DNA of 64,000 nucleotides, taken from Squalus acanthias (taxonomy: Eukaryota). Shown here piece after piece: positions 1 through 12,842 of the stretch. Position 1 is the first letter of the stretch. Every line of letters begins with the position of its first letter. The position numbers were made by a program, and so were the translations under genes. The stretch is taken from positions 10,292,001 through 10,356,000 of the forward strand of contig CM059432.1 of assembly GCA_030390025.1 (NCBI GenBank), given 5' to 3'. The notes beneath the pieces are model-generated. The model was not told where the DNA came from and did not search any database. It saw nothing but the letters and a program-made list of their open reading frames with translations.

Positions 1-485
1 AGAGATCTCAGAAGGTTGTCGGGCTGGAGGAGGTTACAGAGATAGAGAGGGGGCGAGGCCATGGATGGATTTGAACACAACGATGAGAATTTTAAAATCG
101 AGGCGTTGCCGGACCAGGAGCCAATGTAGGTCAGTGAGCACAGGGGTGATGGGTGAACGGGACTCGGTGCGATTTAGGATATGGGCAGCAGAGTGTTGGA
201 TGAGCTCAGGTTTACAGAGGGTGTAAGGTGGGAGGCCGGTCAGGAGTGTGTTGGAACAGTCGAGTCTAGAGGTAACGAAGGCATGGATGAAGGTTTCAGC
301 AGCAGATGAGCTGAGGCAAGGGCGGAGACGGGCGATGTTACAGAGGTGGAAATAGGCAGTCTTGGTGATGGAGAGGATATGCGGTCGGAAGCTCAGCTCA
401 GGGTTAAATAAGATGCCAAGGTTGCAAGCGGTCTGGTTCAGCTTCAGACAGTGGCCAGGGAAAGAGACGGAGTTGGTGGCTAGAG
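1..485 (-). mobile_element. L2-clade LINE, 3' ORF2 fragment
   Basis: Minus-strand translation includes LHWLLVRQRLDFKILI, typical of the L2 ORF2 C-terminus; same family as 56055-56750. Confidence 0.8.
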
Positions 486-544
486 AACGTAGAGTGATTC
501 ATTATCCTTGTTTCTGATATGGAGTAATGCAGCAAGAAGTTTTA

Positions 545-1349
545 TTTTTTTTATTCGTTTATGGGATGTGGGCGTCGCTGGCAAGGCCAGCATTTATTGC
601 CCATCCCTAATTGCCCTCCAGAAGACGGTAGTGAGCCGCCTTCTTGAACCGTTGCAGTCCGTGTGGTGAAGGTACTCCCACAGTGCTGTTAGGTAGGGAG
701 TTCCAGGATTTTGACCCAGCGATGATGAAGGATCGACAATATACTTCTAAGTCAGGATGGTGTGTAACTTGGAGGGGAACTTGGAGGTGGTGGTATTCCC
801 ATGCACCTGCTGCCCTTGTCCTTCTAGGTGGAAGAGGTCGCGGGTTTGAGAGGTGCTGCCGAAGAAGCCTTGGCGAGTTGCTGCAGTGCATCTTGTAGAT
901 GGTACACACTGCAGCCACGGTACGCCGGTGGTGGAGGGAGTGAATGTTTAAGGCGGTGGATGGGGTGCCAATCAAACGGGCTGCTTTGTCCTGGATGGTG
1001 TCGAGCTTCTTGAGTGTTGTTGGAGCTGCACTCATCTAGGCAAGTGGAGAGTATTCCATCACACTCCTTACTTGTGCCTTGTAGATGGTGGAAAGGCTTT
1101 GGGGAGTCAGGAGGTGAGTCACTCGCCGCAGAATACCCAGCCTCTGACCTGCTCTTGTTGCCCCAGTATTTATGTGGCTGGTCCAGTTAAGTTTCTGGTC
1201 AATGGTGACCCCCAGGATGTTGATGGTGGGGGATTCGGCGATGGTAATGCCGTTGAATGTCAAGGGGAGGTGGTTAGACTCTCGCTTGTTGGAAATAGTC
1301 ATTGACTGGCACTTCTGTGGCGCGAATGTTACCTGTCACTTATCAGCCC
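545..1349 (-). mobile_element. Non-LTR retrotransposon (CR1/L2 group), 3' end
   Basis: ORFs 1036-1302 and 607-1035 (ILGVTIDQKLNWTSHI...RSVMEYSPLA...SLHHRRTVAAV) resemble the RT C-terminus; A-rich tail near 545; second copy at 5170-5905. Confidence 0.85.
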
Positions 1350-1649
1350 AACTTATCTTACATATGATATTGAATTTCTGCCCATTATCGGGTGACCAAC
1401 AACTTGCAGTTGGGTGGGACTTAGTGGCAGGAAGTTCTCACTGAAAATCGCGAGAGCTTCCTATAAATATTACAACTATATTGAAATGAATGCACGCACA
1501 AGCTCCTGTCATCCAGCCATAAATTCAACGGAGGTTCAAGCACTCACAGAAAATATATTTAAAAAGTTGGCCGCTAATAACTTCCTGTCATCGGGTAACC
1601 TAACGACCTGAAACGCCCATTTTACAAAGTATTTACGCACCATATCTTA

Positions 1650-1945
1650 TGTATAAATATAAGATAGTCACTAATAAATCCAATAGGGGATTCGGGAGAA
1701 ATTTCTTTACCCAGAGAATGGCGAGAATGTGGAACTAGCTACTACAGGGAGTAATTGAGGCAAATAGCAGAGATATATTTAAGGGAAGCTAGGTAAGCAC
1801 GTGAAGGGGAAAGGAATAGAAGGATATGTCGATGGGTTAGATGAAGAAGGGTGAGAGGAGGCTTGAGTGGAGCATAAAGACCGGCATGGACCTGTTGGGC
1901 CGAATGGCCTGTTTCTGTCCTGTTAATACTTTGTAATACTTTGTA
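1650..1945 (+). mobile_element. CR1 LINE 3' terminal fragment
   Basis: ttctttacccagaga...gggccgaatggcctgtttctg followed by a short tandem tail (aatactttgt)x2. Confidence 0.75.
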
Positions 1946-1994
1946 AAATGGGTGTTTCAGGTCGTTAGGTTACCCACTGACAGAACGTTATCAA

Positions 1995-3900
1995 TAGGAA
2001 TTTGGAGAGTTGCACGATGACATCTTCATGGAAAGGAAAGGGGGAAGACAAGACTGCTAATGCTGTGTCCAGATGTGGAAAAGTCCTCCTCTATGAGAAT
2101 AGCATGAATATGTCTTGTAGCTGGCATCCACTTCAGGCTGCTGCTCACCTTGCTGATTCCCTCAGTGCCAGTGGGGTCTACCTCCTCAGGGGCCTCCAGA
2201 TTAAGACCTCTTTCTAAAGCAAAGTCATGGAGGTAGCAGCAAACACCCCTGGCCCATGAGACTCTAGCTGTCGGATGCCCCCTAAGAATGATCGAAGCAC
2301 CTGAAGCATATCTTCAAGGTGAAAATGGCGAGCTCAATTACTGCTCTTGTGGATGAATGGACCTCTTTGTCCCGGCGCTTAGCTCTGGTCCTGGAGTACT
2401 GCACAGGTGTCATGAACCGCGGCTTCAGAGGGTAGCCTTGATCTCCCAGGAGTCATCCAGGTACTTGGGTTTTCTGGGTCAAAGGATGTGGCCTTAAAAT
2501 GAAGGTAATGTGGCAACTCCCAGGAAAGCACATATTCAAAGAAAGAAAGACTTGCATTTATATAGCGCCTTTCACAAATCACCGGTCGTCCCAAAGCGCT
2601 TTACAGCCAATGAAGTGTAGCCACTGTTGTAATGTAGGAAACGCGGCAGCCAATTTGCGCACAGCAAGCTTCCACAAACAGCAATGTGATGATGAGCCAG
2701 ATAATCTGTTTTTGTGATGTTGACTGAGAGATAAATATTGGCTCCAGGACACCGGGGATAACTCCCCTGCTCTTCTTCGAAATAGTGCCAGTTGATCTTT
2801 TACGTCCACCTGAGAGAGCAGACGGGGCCTCGGTTTAAGGTCTCATCAGAAAGACGGCACCTCCGACAGTGCAGCACTCCCTCAGCACTGCACTGGAGCG
2901 TCAGCCTAGATTTTTGTGCTCGCCTCTGGAGTGGGACTTGAACCCACAACCTTCTGACTACAAAGGCGAGAGTTCTACCAACTGAGCCACGGCTAACACT
3001 GTTACTCACTTGCATAACTAGTCACAAATATAGGGGAAATGCCCAGTAAATTGCCTGAAATATGTCTTTAAAATGGAGTTTCCACTTAAAGATGTCCACA
3101 AAATAGAGTCAATAGTTAAACTGAACATTGGGGGCTCCAAAGAGACTAAAACTAATTAAATCACACCGCCTTGTGTATATGTAAACAAAACATTACTTAC
3201 TGGTGATGAAAGGCCTGCTTCGAGAACATATGCCCAGAGATTGCTCATTAGCGGGATATAGATATGTCACGCCTCATCTGGTCCTAAGCAAGACCCTTTG
3301 TTAAAGAAAGATTGAGGAGCTAGGGAGTTAAAGTGAGATTTGGCATGTCTAAGTACCCATGTCTCATTAACTTGGAGGTCTTCAAAGACAATTACAAAGC
3401 TGTTTGAAGTGATTGACAACAAATGAGGTAGCGTCTTCTGACACATGAGTCACTTAGATTGGTCAATTGATTGGAAAGAGGTTTTTTTTTAATGAAGGTC
3501 TGCATAAGAGGGTGTATGACACATCTTTGAGAAGATTCTCTTCGATCGCTTCCATCCTCTTGGGTCTTATTCTGCAGCAGTCTTTAGCTACCGTATGTAG
3601 ACGGGTACCTTTAGAAGGGCCAAAGTGTATCCAGGACAAAGGAAAGGTTATAGTCACCTTGTACAGCTATGCCAGCCGGTCACAGGTAGAGATAAGTGTG
3701 TCATCTAAATGTACAAGTTGCATGAGATCAAGGCGAGTAAGATTTATGCCAGCTAGTTCAGATACAGTTACTGGTGTGTAAGGTGGATTTAGCCCAGAGC
3801 GGAAGATCCGAGAGGAATGGATAACCCCACCATCGAAGGGGACTTACCAACCTGATGTTTCAGAAGCTAAAGCCATGGTCTCAGGGTCAGAAGAAGATCA
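1995..3900 (-). pseudogene. Decayed reading frame of unknown origin, split by a SINE
   Basis: Long, mostly open minus-strand frames on both sides of the SINE (SPFDGGVIH...FPLSWIHFGPSKG...FEDLQVNETWVLRH...LSWELPHYLHF...HLEDMLQVLRSFLGG); no family recognised. Confidence 0.4.
2541..3000 (-). mobile_element. tRNA-headed Deu-domain SINE (SacSINE1/AmnSINE1-like)
   Basis: Minus strand: tRNA-like A/B boxes (tggctcagttgg, gggttcaagtcc), Deu-like core gatgagacc-ttaaaccgagg...aaagatc, and a gtaaagcgctttggga...aaaggcgctatataaatgcaagtctttctttc tail. Confidence 0.85.
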
Positions 3901-4104
3901 TCTAAGCCACGCCGCTCAGAAGGATGAGGTTGTACAAGTTGTGGAAAAATTACTAACCACCAGCACATAGGCCTCGATTTTAATGGGGGGGGGGGGGGCA
4001 GGGGTGTGGGTACGGTCCGCGCGAGCCCCGGAGTGTGCTTCGCACCCGGGGAGTACAGAGACGTGGAGACCCTGGACGATGTTAACGACCGTTACCAAAA
4101 CTTT

Positions 4105-5168
4105 CATCAGAGTCCTGGAGGGCTCAAGGACAGAATCTATTTGGCTAGAGTTGAGAAATAATAGAGGTGCCGTTACACTACTAGATGTATTTAATAGGCC
4201 ACCAACTAGTGGGAAGAATATAGAGGAGCAAATTTGCAGGGAAATTACAGAGAGGTGCAAGAACTATAGAGTAGTGATAATGGGGACTTCAATTATCCTA
4301 ATATAGACTGGGATAGTAATAGTGTAAAGGGCAGAGAGGGCGAAGAATTTCTGAAGTGTGTTCAGGGGAACTTCTTGATCAGTACGCTTCTGGCCCAACG
4401 AGGAAGGAGGCATTGCTGGATCTGGTTCTGGGGAATGAGGTGGGTCAAGTGGAGCAAGTGACAGTAGGGGAACATTTAGGGAACAGTGATCATAGTATCA
4501 TAAGGTTTAGATTAGCTATGGAAAGGACAGGAGCAATCTAGAGTAAATATATTTAATTGGAGGAAGGCAAATTTCAGTGGGATGAGAACGGATCTGGCCC
4601 GGGTAAATTGGAATCAGAGATTGGCAGGCAAACTGTAATCGAACAACGGGCTGCCTTCAAAGAGGAGATGGTTCGGGTACAGCTGAGGTACATTCCCACG
4701 AAGGGGAAAGGCAGGGCAACTAAAGCCAGAGCTCACTGGATGACGAAGAGATAGAGAGTAAGATGAAGCAGAAAAAGAGCAAGTATGACAGATGTCAGGT
4801 TGAGAATACAATTGAGAATCAGGCTGAATATAGAAAGTTCAGAGGGGAAGTGAAAAAGAAAATAAGAGGGGCAAAGAGAGATTATGAGAATAGATTGGCA
4901 GCCAACATAAAATGTAATTCACAAGTCTTCTATAGGCATATAAATAATAAACGGGTAGTAAGAGGAGGGGTGGGGCCGATTAGGGACCAAAAAGGAGACC
5001 TACGCATGGAAGCAGAGGGCATAGCTGAGGTACTAAATGAGTACTTTGCATCTGTCTTCACAAAGGAAGAAGACGTTGCCAAAGTCATAGTGAAGGAGGA
5101 AGTAGTGGAGAAACTGAATGAGATAAAAATTGATAAAGAGGAGGTACTAGAAAGGCTGTCTGTACTTT
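4105..5168 (+). mobile_element. CR1 LINE ORF2 fragment (endonuclease to linker), frameshifted
   Basis: ESIWLELRNNRGA...RPP, VVIMG, LLDLVLGNE...GNSDH, AEVLNEYFASVFTKE. Confidence 0.9.
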
Positions 5169-5169
5169 T

Positions 5170-5905
5170 ATTTTATATTTGTTCATGGGATGTGGGCGTC
5201 ACTGGCAAGGCCAACATTTATTGCCCATCCCTAGTTGCCCTTGAGAAGGTAGTGGTGAGCCATCTTCTTGAACCGCAACAGTCCGTGTGGTGAAGGTACT
5301 CCCACAGTGCTGTTAGGGAGGGAGTTCCAGGATTTTAGCCGAGCGATGATGAAGGATCGGCGATATATTTCCAAGTCAGGATGGTGTGTGACTTGGAGGG
5401 GAACTTGGAGATGGTGGTGTTCCCATGCGCCTGCTGCCCTTGTCCTTCTAGGTGGTAAAGATCGTGGGTTTGGGAGGTGCTGCCGAAGAAGCCTTGGCGA
5501 GTTGCTGCAGTGCATCTTGTAGATGGTACACACTGCAGCCACGGTACGCCGGTGGTGGAGGGAGTGAATGTTTAAGGTGGTGGATGGGATGCCAATCAAG
5601 CGGGCTGCTTTGTCCTGGATAGTGTCGAGCTTCTTGAGTGTTGTTGGAGCTGCACTCATCCAGGCAAGTGGAGAGTATTCCATCACACTCCTTACTTGTG
5701 CCTTGTAGATGGTGGAAAGGCTTTGGGGAGTCAGGAGTTGAGGCACTCACCACAGAATACCCAGCCTCTGACCTGCTCTTGTTGCCACAGTATTTCTGTG
5801 GCTGGTCCAGTTAAGTTTCTGGTCAATGGTGACCCTCCAGGATGTTGATGGTGGGGGATTCGGCGATGGTAATGCCGTTGAATGTCAAGGGGAGGTGGTT
5901 AGATG
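5170..5905 (-). mobile_element. Non-LTR retrotransposon 3' end, same family as 545-1349
   Basis: ORF 5231-5746 is nearly identical to ORFs 607-1302. Confidence 0.85.
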
Positions 5906-7830
5906 CTCGCTCTGCCACCTTCAACGATTTGTGCACATATACCCCTAGGTATCTCTGTTCATGCACACTTTTGTACCCTTTAGTTTATATTTCCTCTCCT
6001 CAATCTTTCTACCAAAATGTATCACTTCGCATTTTTCTGCGTTAAATTTCATCTTCCTCACTGTTCACTATACTTTCAAGTTTTTTGTCATCTGCAAATT
6101 TCAAAATTGTGCCCTGTACATCCAAGTCCAAGTCATTAATAAATATCAAGAAAAGCAGTGGTCCTACAACCAACCCCTAGAGAACACCACTGTACACCTT
6201 CCTCCAGTCCGAAAAACAACCGTTCACCACTACTCTCTGTTTCCTGTCACTTAGCCAATTTTGTATCCATGCAGCCACTGTCCCTTTTATTCCATGGGCT
6301 TCAACTTTGCTGGCAAGCCTATTATGTGGCACTTTGTCGAACACCTTTTGGAAATCCATGTACACCACGTCAACCACATTGCCCTCATCAACCCTCTCTG
6401 TTACCTCAACAAAAACCTCGATCAAGTTGGTTAAACACGACTTGCCTTTAACAAATCCGTGCTGGCTTTCCTTAATTAATCCACACTTGTCCAAATGACT
6501 GTTAATTTTGTCCTGGATTATCGTTCTAAAAGCTTCCCCACTACCGAGGTTAAACTGACTGGCCTGTAGTTGCTTTGTTTATCTTTACATCCTTTTTTGA
6601 ACAAGGGTGTAACATTTGCAATTCTCCAGTCCTCTGCCACCATCCCTGTTTCTAAGGAGGATTGGAAGATTATGGCCAATACCTCTGCGATTTCTTCCTT
6701 CACTTTCCTCAGCGTTCTAGGATGCATCCCATCCGGTCTGGGTGACTTATCTACTTTAAGTACAGCCAGCCTTTCTAGTAACTACTCTTTATCAATTTTT
6801 AACCCATCCAGTATCTCCTCTACCTCCTCCTTCATTATGTCTATGGCAGCATCTTCTTCCTTGGTGAAGACAGATGCAAAGTACTCACTTAGCACCTCAA
6901 CCATACCCTCTGCCTCCATGCGTAGGTCTCCTTTTTGGTCCCTAAACAGCCCCACCCCTCCTCTTACTACCCGTTTAGTATTGATAGAAGACTTTTGGAT
7001 TACTTTTTATATTAGCTGCCATTCTGTTCTCATACCCTCTCTTTGCCCCTCTTTTTTTCTTTTTCACTTCTCCTCTGAACTTTCTATATTTAGCCTAAAT
7101 CTCAGTTGTATTATCAATCTGACATCTGTCATACACGCTCTTTTTCTGCTTCATCTTACTCTCTCTCTTTCGTCATCCAGGGAGCTCTGACTTTAGTAGC
7201 CTTACTTTTCCCCCTAGTGGGAATGTACCTCAACTGTATCTGAACTATTTCCTCTTTAAGGGCAGCCCATTGTTCCATTACAGTTTTTAACCCCTCCCTG
7301 CCCTTTACACTATTACTATCCCAGTCTATATTTGGATAATTGAAGTCCCCCATTATCACTACTCTATAGTTCTTGCACTTCTCTGTAATTTCTCTGCAAA
7401 TTTGCTCCTCCATATTTTTCCCACTAGTTGGTGGTCTATAGAATACACCTAGTAGTGTAATGGCACCTCTATTATTTCTTAACTCTAGCCATATAGATTC
7501 TGTCCTTGACCCCTCCAGGACATCCTCTCTCTCCAGCACTGTGATATTTTCCTTAACCAATACTGCCACCCCACCTCCTATCTTTCCTGAACACCTTATA
7601 TCCAGAAATATTTAATACCCAATCCTGCCCTTTTTTGAGTCAGGTCTCCGTTATTGCCACAACATCATATTCCCATGTGGCTATTTGCACCTGCAGCTCA
7701 CCAACCTTGTCTACTATGCCTCGTGTGTTCACATACATACTCTGTAAACCTATCTTAGACCATCCTGTGTTCTCTCTTAGTCTGACCCCACCTAATCCCT
7801 TACTATTTCTTACTTTAGTGCTATCCTTCT
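5906..7830 (-). mobile_element. CR1 LINE ORF2 (endonuclease + RT), internally deleted
   Basis: MGDFNYPNIDW, DWRIANVTPLFKKG...NYRPVSLTSVVGK, SQHGFVKGKSCLTNL...DFQKVFDKVPH. Confidence 0.9.
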
Positions 7831-7831
7831 C

Positions 7832-8797
7832 ATACGATTACATAGGATATACGGCACTGAAATGGGCCATTCGGCCCAACCTGTCCATGCTGGTGTTTAT
7901 GCTCCACTCGAGCCTCCTCCCATCCTTCCTCATCTAAATCTATCAGCATAACCCTCTATTCCCTTCTCGTTCATATGCTTGTCCAGCCTCCCCTTAAAAG
8001 CATCTATACTATTCGCATCAACCACTCTCTGTGGTAGCGAGTTCCACATTCTCACCACTCTTTGGGTAAAGAAATTTTTTCTGAATTCCCTTTTGGATTT
8101 CTTGGTGACTATCTATATTGATGGCCTCTAGTTATGTTCTTCCCCACAAGTGGAAACATTCTCTCTGTATCTACTCTATCAAAACCTCTCATAATTTTAA
8201 AGACCTCGATTAGGTCACTCCTCCGCCTTCTTTTTTCAAGAGAAAAAGAGACCCAGCCTGTTCATCCTTTCCTGATAGGTATACCCTCACATTTCTGGTA
8301 TCATCCTTGTAAATCATCTCTGCACCCTCTCCAGTGCCTCTATATCCTTTTTATAATATTGAGACCAGAACTGCACGCAGTACTCTAAGTGTGGTCTAAC
8401 CAAGGTTCGATACAGGTTTAGTATAACTTCCCTACTTTTCAATTCTATCCCTCTAGAAATAAACCCTAGTGTTTGGTTTGCTTTTTTTTATGGCCTTGCT
8501 AACCTGTGTCGCAACTTTTAGTGATTTGTGTATTTGTACTCCGAGATCCCTTTGTTCCTCTACCCCACCTAGACTTGCACCCTCCAAGTGATAAGTGACC
8601 TCCCTATTCTTCCTACCAAAATGTAATACCTCACATTTATCTGTGTTGAACTTCATTTGCCAATTATTTGCCCATTCTGCAAGTTTATTAATGTCCTCCT
8701 GTAATTTGTTGCAGTCCTCCTCAGTATTGACTATCACCCCCAATTTGTTATCATCCGCAAATTTAGAAATTGTGTTTTTGATTCCAAAGTCTAAATC
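7832..8797 (-). mobile_element. CR1 LINE 3' fragment nested in the flanking CR1
   Basis: ISKFADDNKLG...WQMKFNTDKCEVLHFGRKN...RDLGV, plus 3' UTR. Confidence 0.85.
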
Positions 8798-10130
8798 TCC
8801 CAATCCTTTTTGCCCATTGTTTCTCCTTTCTAATGCTACATCCTGATGCCCATCCCCCTGCCAACTTAGTTTAAACGCTCCTCAATAGCACTAGCAAACC
8901 GGCTCTGTTGAGGTGCAACCTGTCCGGCCTGTACAAGTCCCACCTCCCCCAAAACTGGTCCCAGTGCCCAGGAATCTGAAGCCCTCCCTCCTGCACCATC
9001 TCTCCAGCCACACATTCATCTGCTCTATCCTCCTATTTCTATACTCACTCATGCGTGGCACCGGGAGTAATCCAGAGATTACTACCTTTGAGGTTCTCCT
9101 TTTTAATCTCTTTCCTAGCTCCCTAAAATCTGCCTGCAGAACCTCATCCCTCTTTCTACCTATGTCATTGATACCGATATGGACCACGACCTCTGGCTGT
9201 TCACCCTCCCCCCTCAGAATGTTCTGCAGTCGCTCAGTGACATCCTTAACCCTGGCACCAGGGAGGCAACATACCATCCTGGAGTCACATCTGCGGCCGC
9301 AGAAACGCCTCTCTGCTCCCCTAACTATCGAATCCCCTACGATTATTGCTTTCTGACTCTTCTTCCTTCGCCCCGTACAGCTGAGCCACCCGTGGTGCTG
9401 TGGACTTGACTCTGGCTGTACTCCCTAGAGGAACCATCGCCCTCACCAGTACTCAGAACAGAATACTGGTTGGAGAGCGAGATGCAGTCAGGGGCCTCCT
9501 GCACTACCTGCCTGGTCCTCCTCTTCTGTCTGGTCGTCACCCATTCCCTCTCTGCCTGCGCACTCATTAGCTGCGGGGCTGACCACCTCCTGAAACATGC
9601 TATCAACATAGCTTTCAGCCTCGTGGCTGCACCGCAGTGACACCAGCTTCTGTTCAGGCTCCGAAACCCGGAGCTCGAGCTCCTCTAGCTGACAGCACCT
9701 CCTGCACACGTGGTTGTCCAGGACACGGGAAGTGTCCTGGAGTTCCCACATGGCACAGGATGTGCATTCCGCTGGACCGAGCTGCCCTGCCATGCCTTTA
9801 TTTATTCAACTATTAACTAACTTTACAGAAACTGAAGACTGAGATATACCTAATTCAAGTTATTAATACAATATAGTATTAACAGTTACTAATTTACTTT
9901 GGTATTAACAGTTACTAACTTAATATAGTATTAACAGTTACTAATCTCCAACTCCTGCTTTATCCTTAACCAGCTATTTAACCCCGGCCCCTAACTTGGA
10001 GAAAAAAAAAGTGTGACCTTTGCCAACCAATCAGTTACCAGCTGTCCTGTGACGTCACTCCTTGTGTTTATTTTGAATCTCCGCTCAGCTCCATTTATGC
10101 TGCTGCCTCTCCTGCTCCCACTCAGGTCCA
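8798..10130 (-). mobile_element. CR1 ORF1 (Zn-finger/coiled-coil + SGNH esterase) and 5' UTR
   Basis: MAGQLGPAECTSCAMWE...CRRCCQLEELELRV; VCCLPGARVKDV...VVVHIGINDI esterase; short tagtattaacagttactaa repeats at ~9874-9944 in the UTR. Confidence 0.85.
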
Positions 10131-10137
10131 CGCTGTG

Positions 10138-12268
10138 ACCCATTCCTTTCCTCTCGCAGGCCGCTTCACACCGCAAAGCTGAAATGAGAGACACCACGAA
10201 AGAATGGTAAATGAATGAACACATTTATCAAAAATCAGTGAACACATATTTACAACAACAATATTAACTGTTCACCCTTGTGCAATCCCTTAGTGCCTGT
10301 CGTTACTGTGCCTTTGCCTACTCTAGTGCTCCTATGAAGTGTAGGCCCAGTGGCTGCAGCAGGGCTGGTGGAAGGCTGCTGAGTGTCCGTGCGGGAGACT
10401 TCAGATGGCCTTGCAGGATGCCCTCGACCAGCTCTGGGCCTGGAAGGCCCGCCTGTAGACTGCACCACCTCAGCATGGGCGGCAGCAGTCTGGGCTGGCT
10501 GGATGACAGGCAGTGGCAAGGGCAATGACGGAGTGCCAGTGGTGGGAGCAGGTATGCTGTCATCCTGAGAGAGGACAGCAGGTTCCTGCTCCACTGACCC
10601 ACTGCCACTCCCCCGGGGCAGCACCTCAGCATCACTACCAATCTGCTGGAGCACAGATTGCTGGCCTGCTGCGACACTGTGAAAGCCCCGGTTGACGGTG
10701 GTCGACCCAGCCACGGTGGCAACAGTCAGAGCTTGCGTGGCATCAAGCTGAGACTGCATGAGAGCAGTCTGAGATTGGATGCCACCAAGCATAGACTGCA
10801 TTACAGCACTAAGACGTTGCGTGGATTCCGCCTGTGCTGCAATGGAAAGTGCGACATCGCCCATCACACGCGGCATGAGGTCTGGGTCGCTACGGTCTCT
10901 CTGGGAGTCCACCATCCTTTGCAGACTGGAAATGATGGGCTCCATGGTGTGCGCAGAGCTCTGTGCAATGTTGGAGGGGGACTCCTCCACGCTCCTTACC
11001 ATTGCCGACAGGCTCTCAGGCACCCTTGCCATTGCACCTATCATCTCCGTGTGTGTGGCCATCACCCTTCTTTTGAAGGCCTCCCCATCGAGGTCCTCAT
11101 CTGAGTCCTGTGCAGTAGAACTCGTGCACGAACTCGCCCTCCGGGGAGCTGGCCCCCGAGCTACCCTTTCCCCCAGCCTTGCTGCAGCCCGCTCGTCCCC
11201 GGTGCCTCACCCAGTGCGGATCCCGCTACTATCCTAGCCTCTAAAGAACGCGCAGTGCCAGTATCTGAGCTGGTGCCTGCAGGTGAGACATGCAGTGACG
11301 CGGTGTGTTCTTCCTCCTCCTCTTCTCCCGCCTCGCTCTCTACGGTGCCCTCAGGGACAGGCTGCTCAGCTGCTTGCTGATTATCTGAAAGCATAAAGGC
11401 ACAAGAGTCGAGTTAAGGTGAGGGGAGTGGGGCAGGAAGGGAGAAATGCATGTATACAGCATGATTAGCTGGAAACTGCGTAACGCTTGTGGGGTGAAGG
11501 GGAAGTGGGATATGAGAAGAAGGAGTAGGGATGAAAATACCGTTGTTGTCCGCGAGGGGGTCAACATCGCCGATGGCCACGGCGCCCACCACCTGGCACC
11601 CAATAATCTGCAGCACTCGATTCTCCAGCGCAGACAGTGGTTGGGTGTCGGCTTGTCCCCCACCTGTGCGTTCCTGCTCCCTCCTGTTGTGAGCCACCAT
11701 GGCCTGCAAGAGAAAGGAAAGTGTGTGAGTGAGTGTGGAGCAATGTGTTTGGTTGATGTGCCTGCCATGGTTGAATAGCTGTCATTGTGTGCAAGGTGTG
11801 AGATGTTGGGGTGTGAGTGTTGGTAGGTGGAGATTGTTGGTGGGTGAGTGCTGGGGATGTGGTGCTTTAGCCAGTGTGTGCAGACTGAGGTTCAGGTGGT
11901 GGTATGTAGCATTTGTTGAAGGATTCACTCACCCTGACCACCCGAGTGAGGTTGTTAAATTTCTTCCTGCACTGTGTGTGGGTCCTGGGGACCACAGTGC
12001 TGCCCGAGACCTGCTGGTCAACCTCCCTCCACATGGTGCGGAAGACTTGCGGCGAGGGCCTCCTGCCACTTGCTGGGTACAGCACCGCCCTCCGTCTCTC
12101 CACAGCGAAGACCAATGCCTCCAATGCCTGGTCACAGAATCTGCGAAACTCTCTCCCTGGGGCGTGGATCTGCCATGAGTACACCTGGTTCAGTCCTCCG
12201 CCTGGCGCTAATTCTCCAACTTTTCTACTGATACCACCCATTCCTTGGCTATAATGATTTTCTAGCCC
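10138..12268 (-). mobile_element. PIF/Harbinger transposon B (left part only; transposase side lost)
   Basis: Terminus gggctagaaaatc on minus strand at 12268; collinear with element A (28352-34500). Confidence 0.85.
10250..12176 (-). pseudogene. Harbinger Myb/SANT-like DNA-binding protein, 3 exons, frameshifted
   Basis: RRFCDQALEALVFAVERRRAVLY...WREV...RTHTQCRKKFNNL; GT-AG introns at ~11938/11703 and ~11541/11385; C-terminal ORF 10250-11065. Confidence 0.85.
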
Positions 12269-12530
12269 ATAGAATCTTACAGCACAGAAGGAGGCCATTC
12301 GGCCCATCATGCCTGTGCTGGCTCTTTGAAAGAGCGACCCAACTAGTCCCACTCCCCTGCTGTTTCCCCATAGCTTCACAAATGTTTCCTTTTCTAGTAT
12401 ATATCCATTTCCATTTTGAAAGTTACTATTGAATCTGCTTCCACCTCCCTTTTAGAGAATGTGTTCTAGATCATAACAACTGGCTGTGTGTAAAAAAAAA
12501 TTCTCATCTCCCTTTTGGTTCTTATTACCT
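12269..12530 (-). mobile_element. CR1-type LINE 3' end
   Basis: atagaatc tail unit followed by cagcacagaaggaggccattcggcccatc 3' UTR (reverse complement). Confidence 0.7.
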
Positions 12531-12842
12531 TAAAAATGCCATATTTGATGATTTGGCAAAAAAGGTTAATTGGTTCACTCAGCAACTTGTGGGTAATCTG
12601 ATTGAGGGTCGGTAAGTTAAACTCATGTTCAATCTGAATGTGGTGAAGCAAGACAGTCTGGCATCATTCACTCCTAGACATAGACTGGGTGGTAAACCCC
12701 AGACGGTTCCATAGTGAGGAGTTAAGATGAAAGAGTTAATGATTCACCTGGTATATATTTGACGGGAAACCAACCTCAGAGTCCTTAAACAAACCAACTA
12801 CACGCTGAGACAGTGCAATTCCTTCCTGTTGTATTAAGCATT

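Noticed and set aside
4105..7520. Inverted segmental duplication (4105-5168 vs ~6780-7520)
   Set aside because: The two segments have different internal deletions and many substitutions; better explained as independent copies of one CR1 family.
10280..12254. Many overlapping + strand ORFs
   Set aside because: They are antisense shadows of the GC-rich Myb gene; the same applies to most short ORFs over CR1 and SINE copies.
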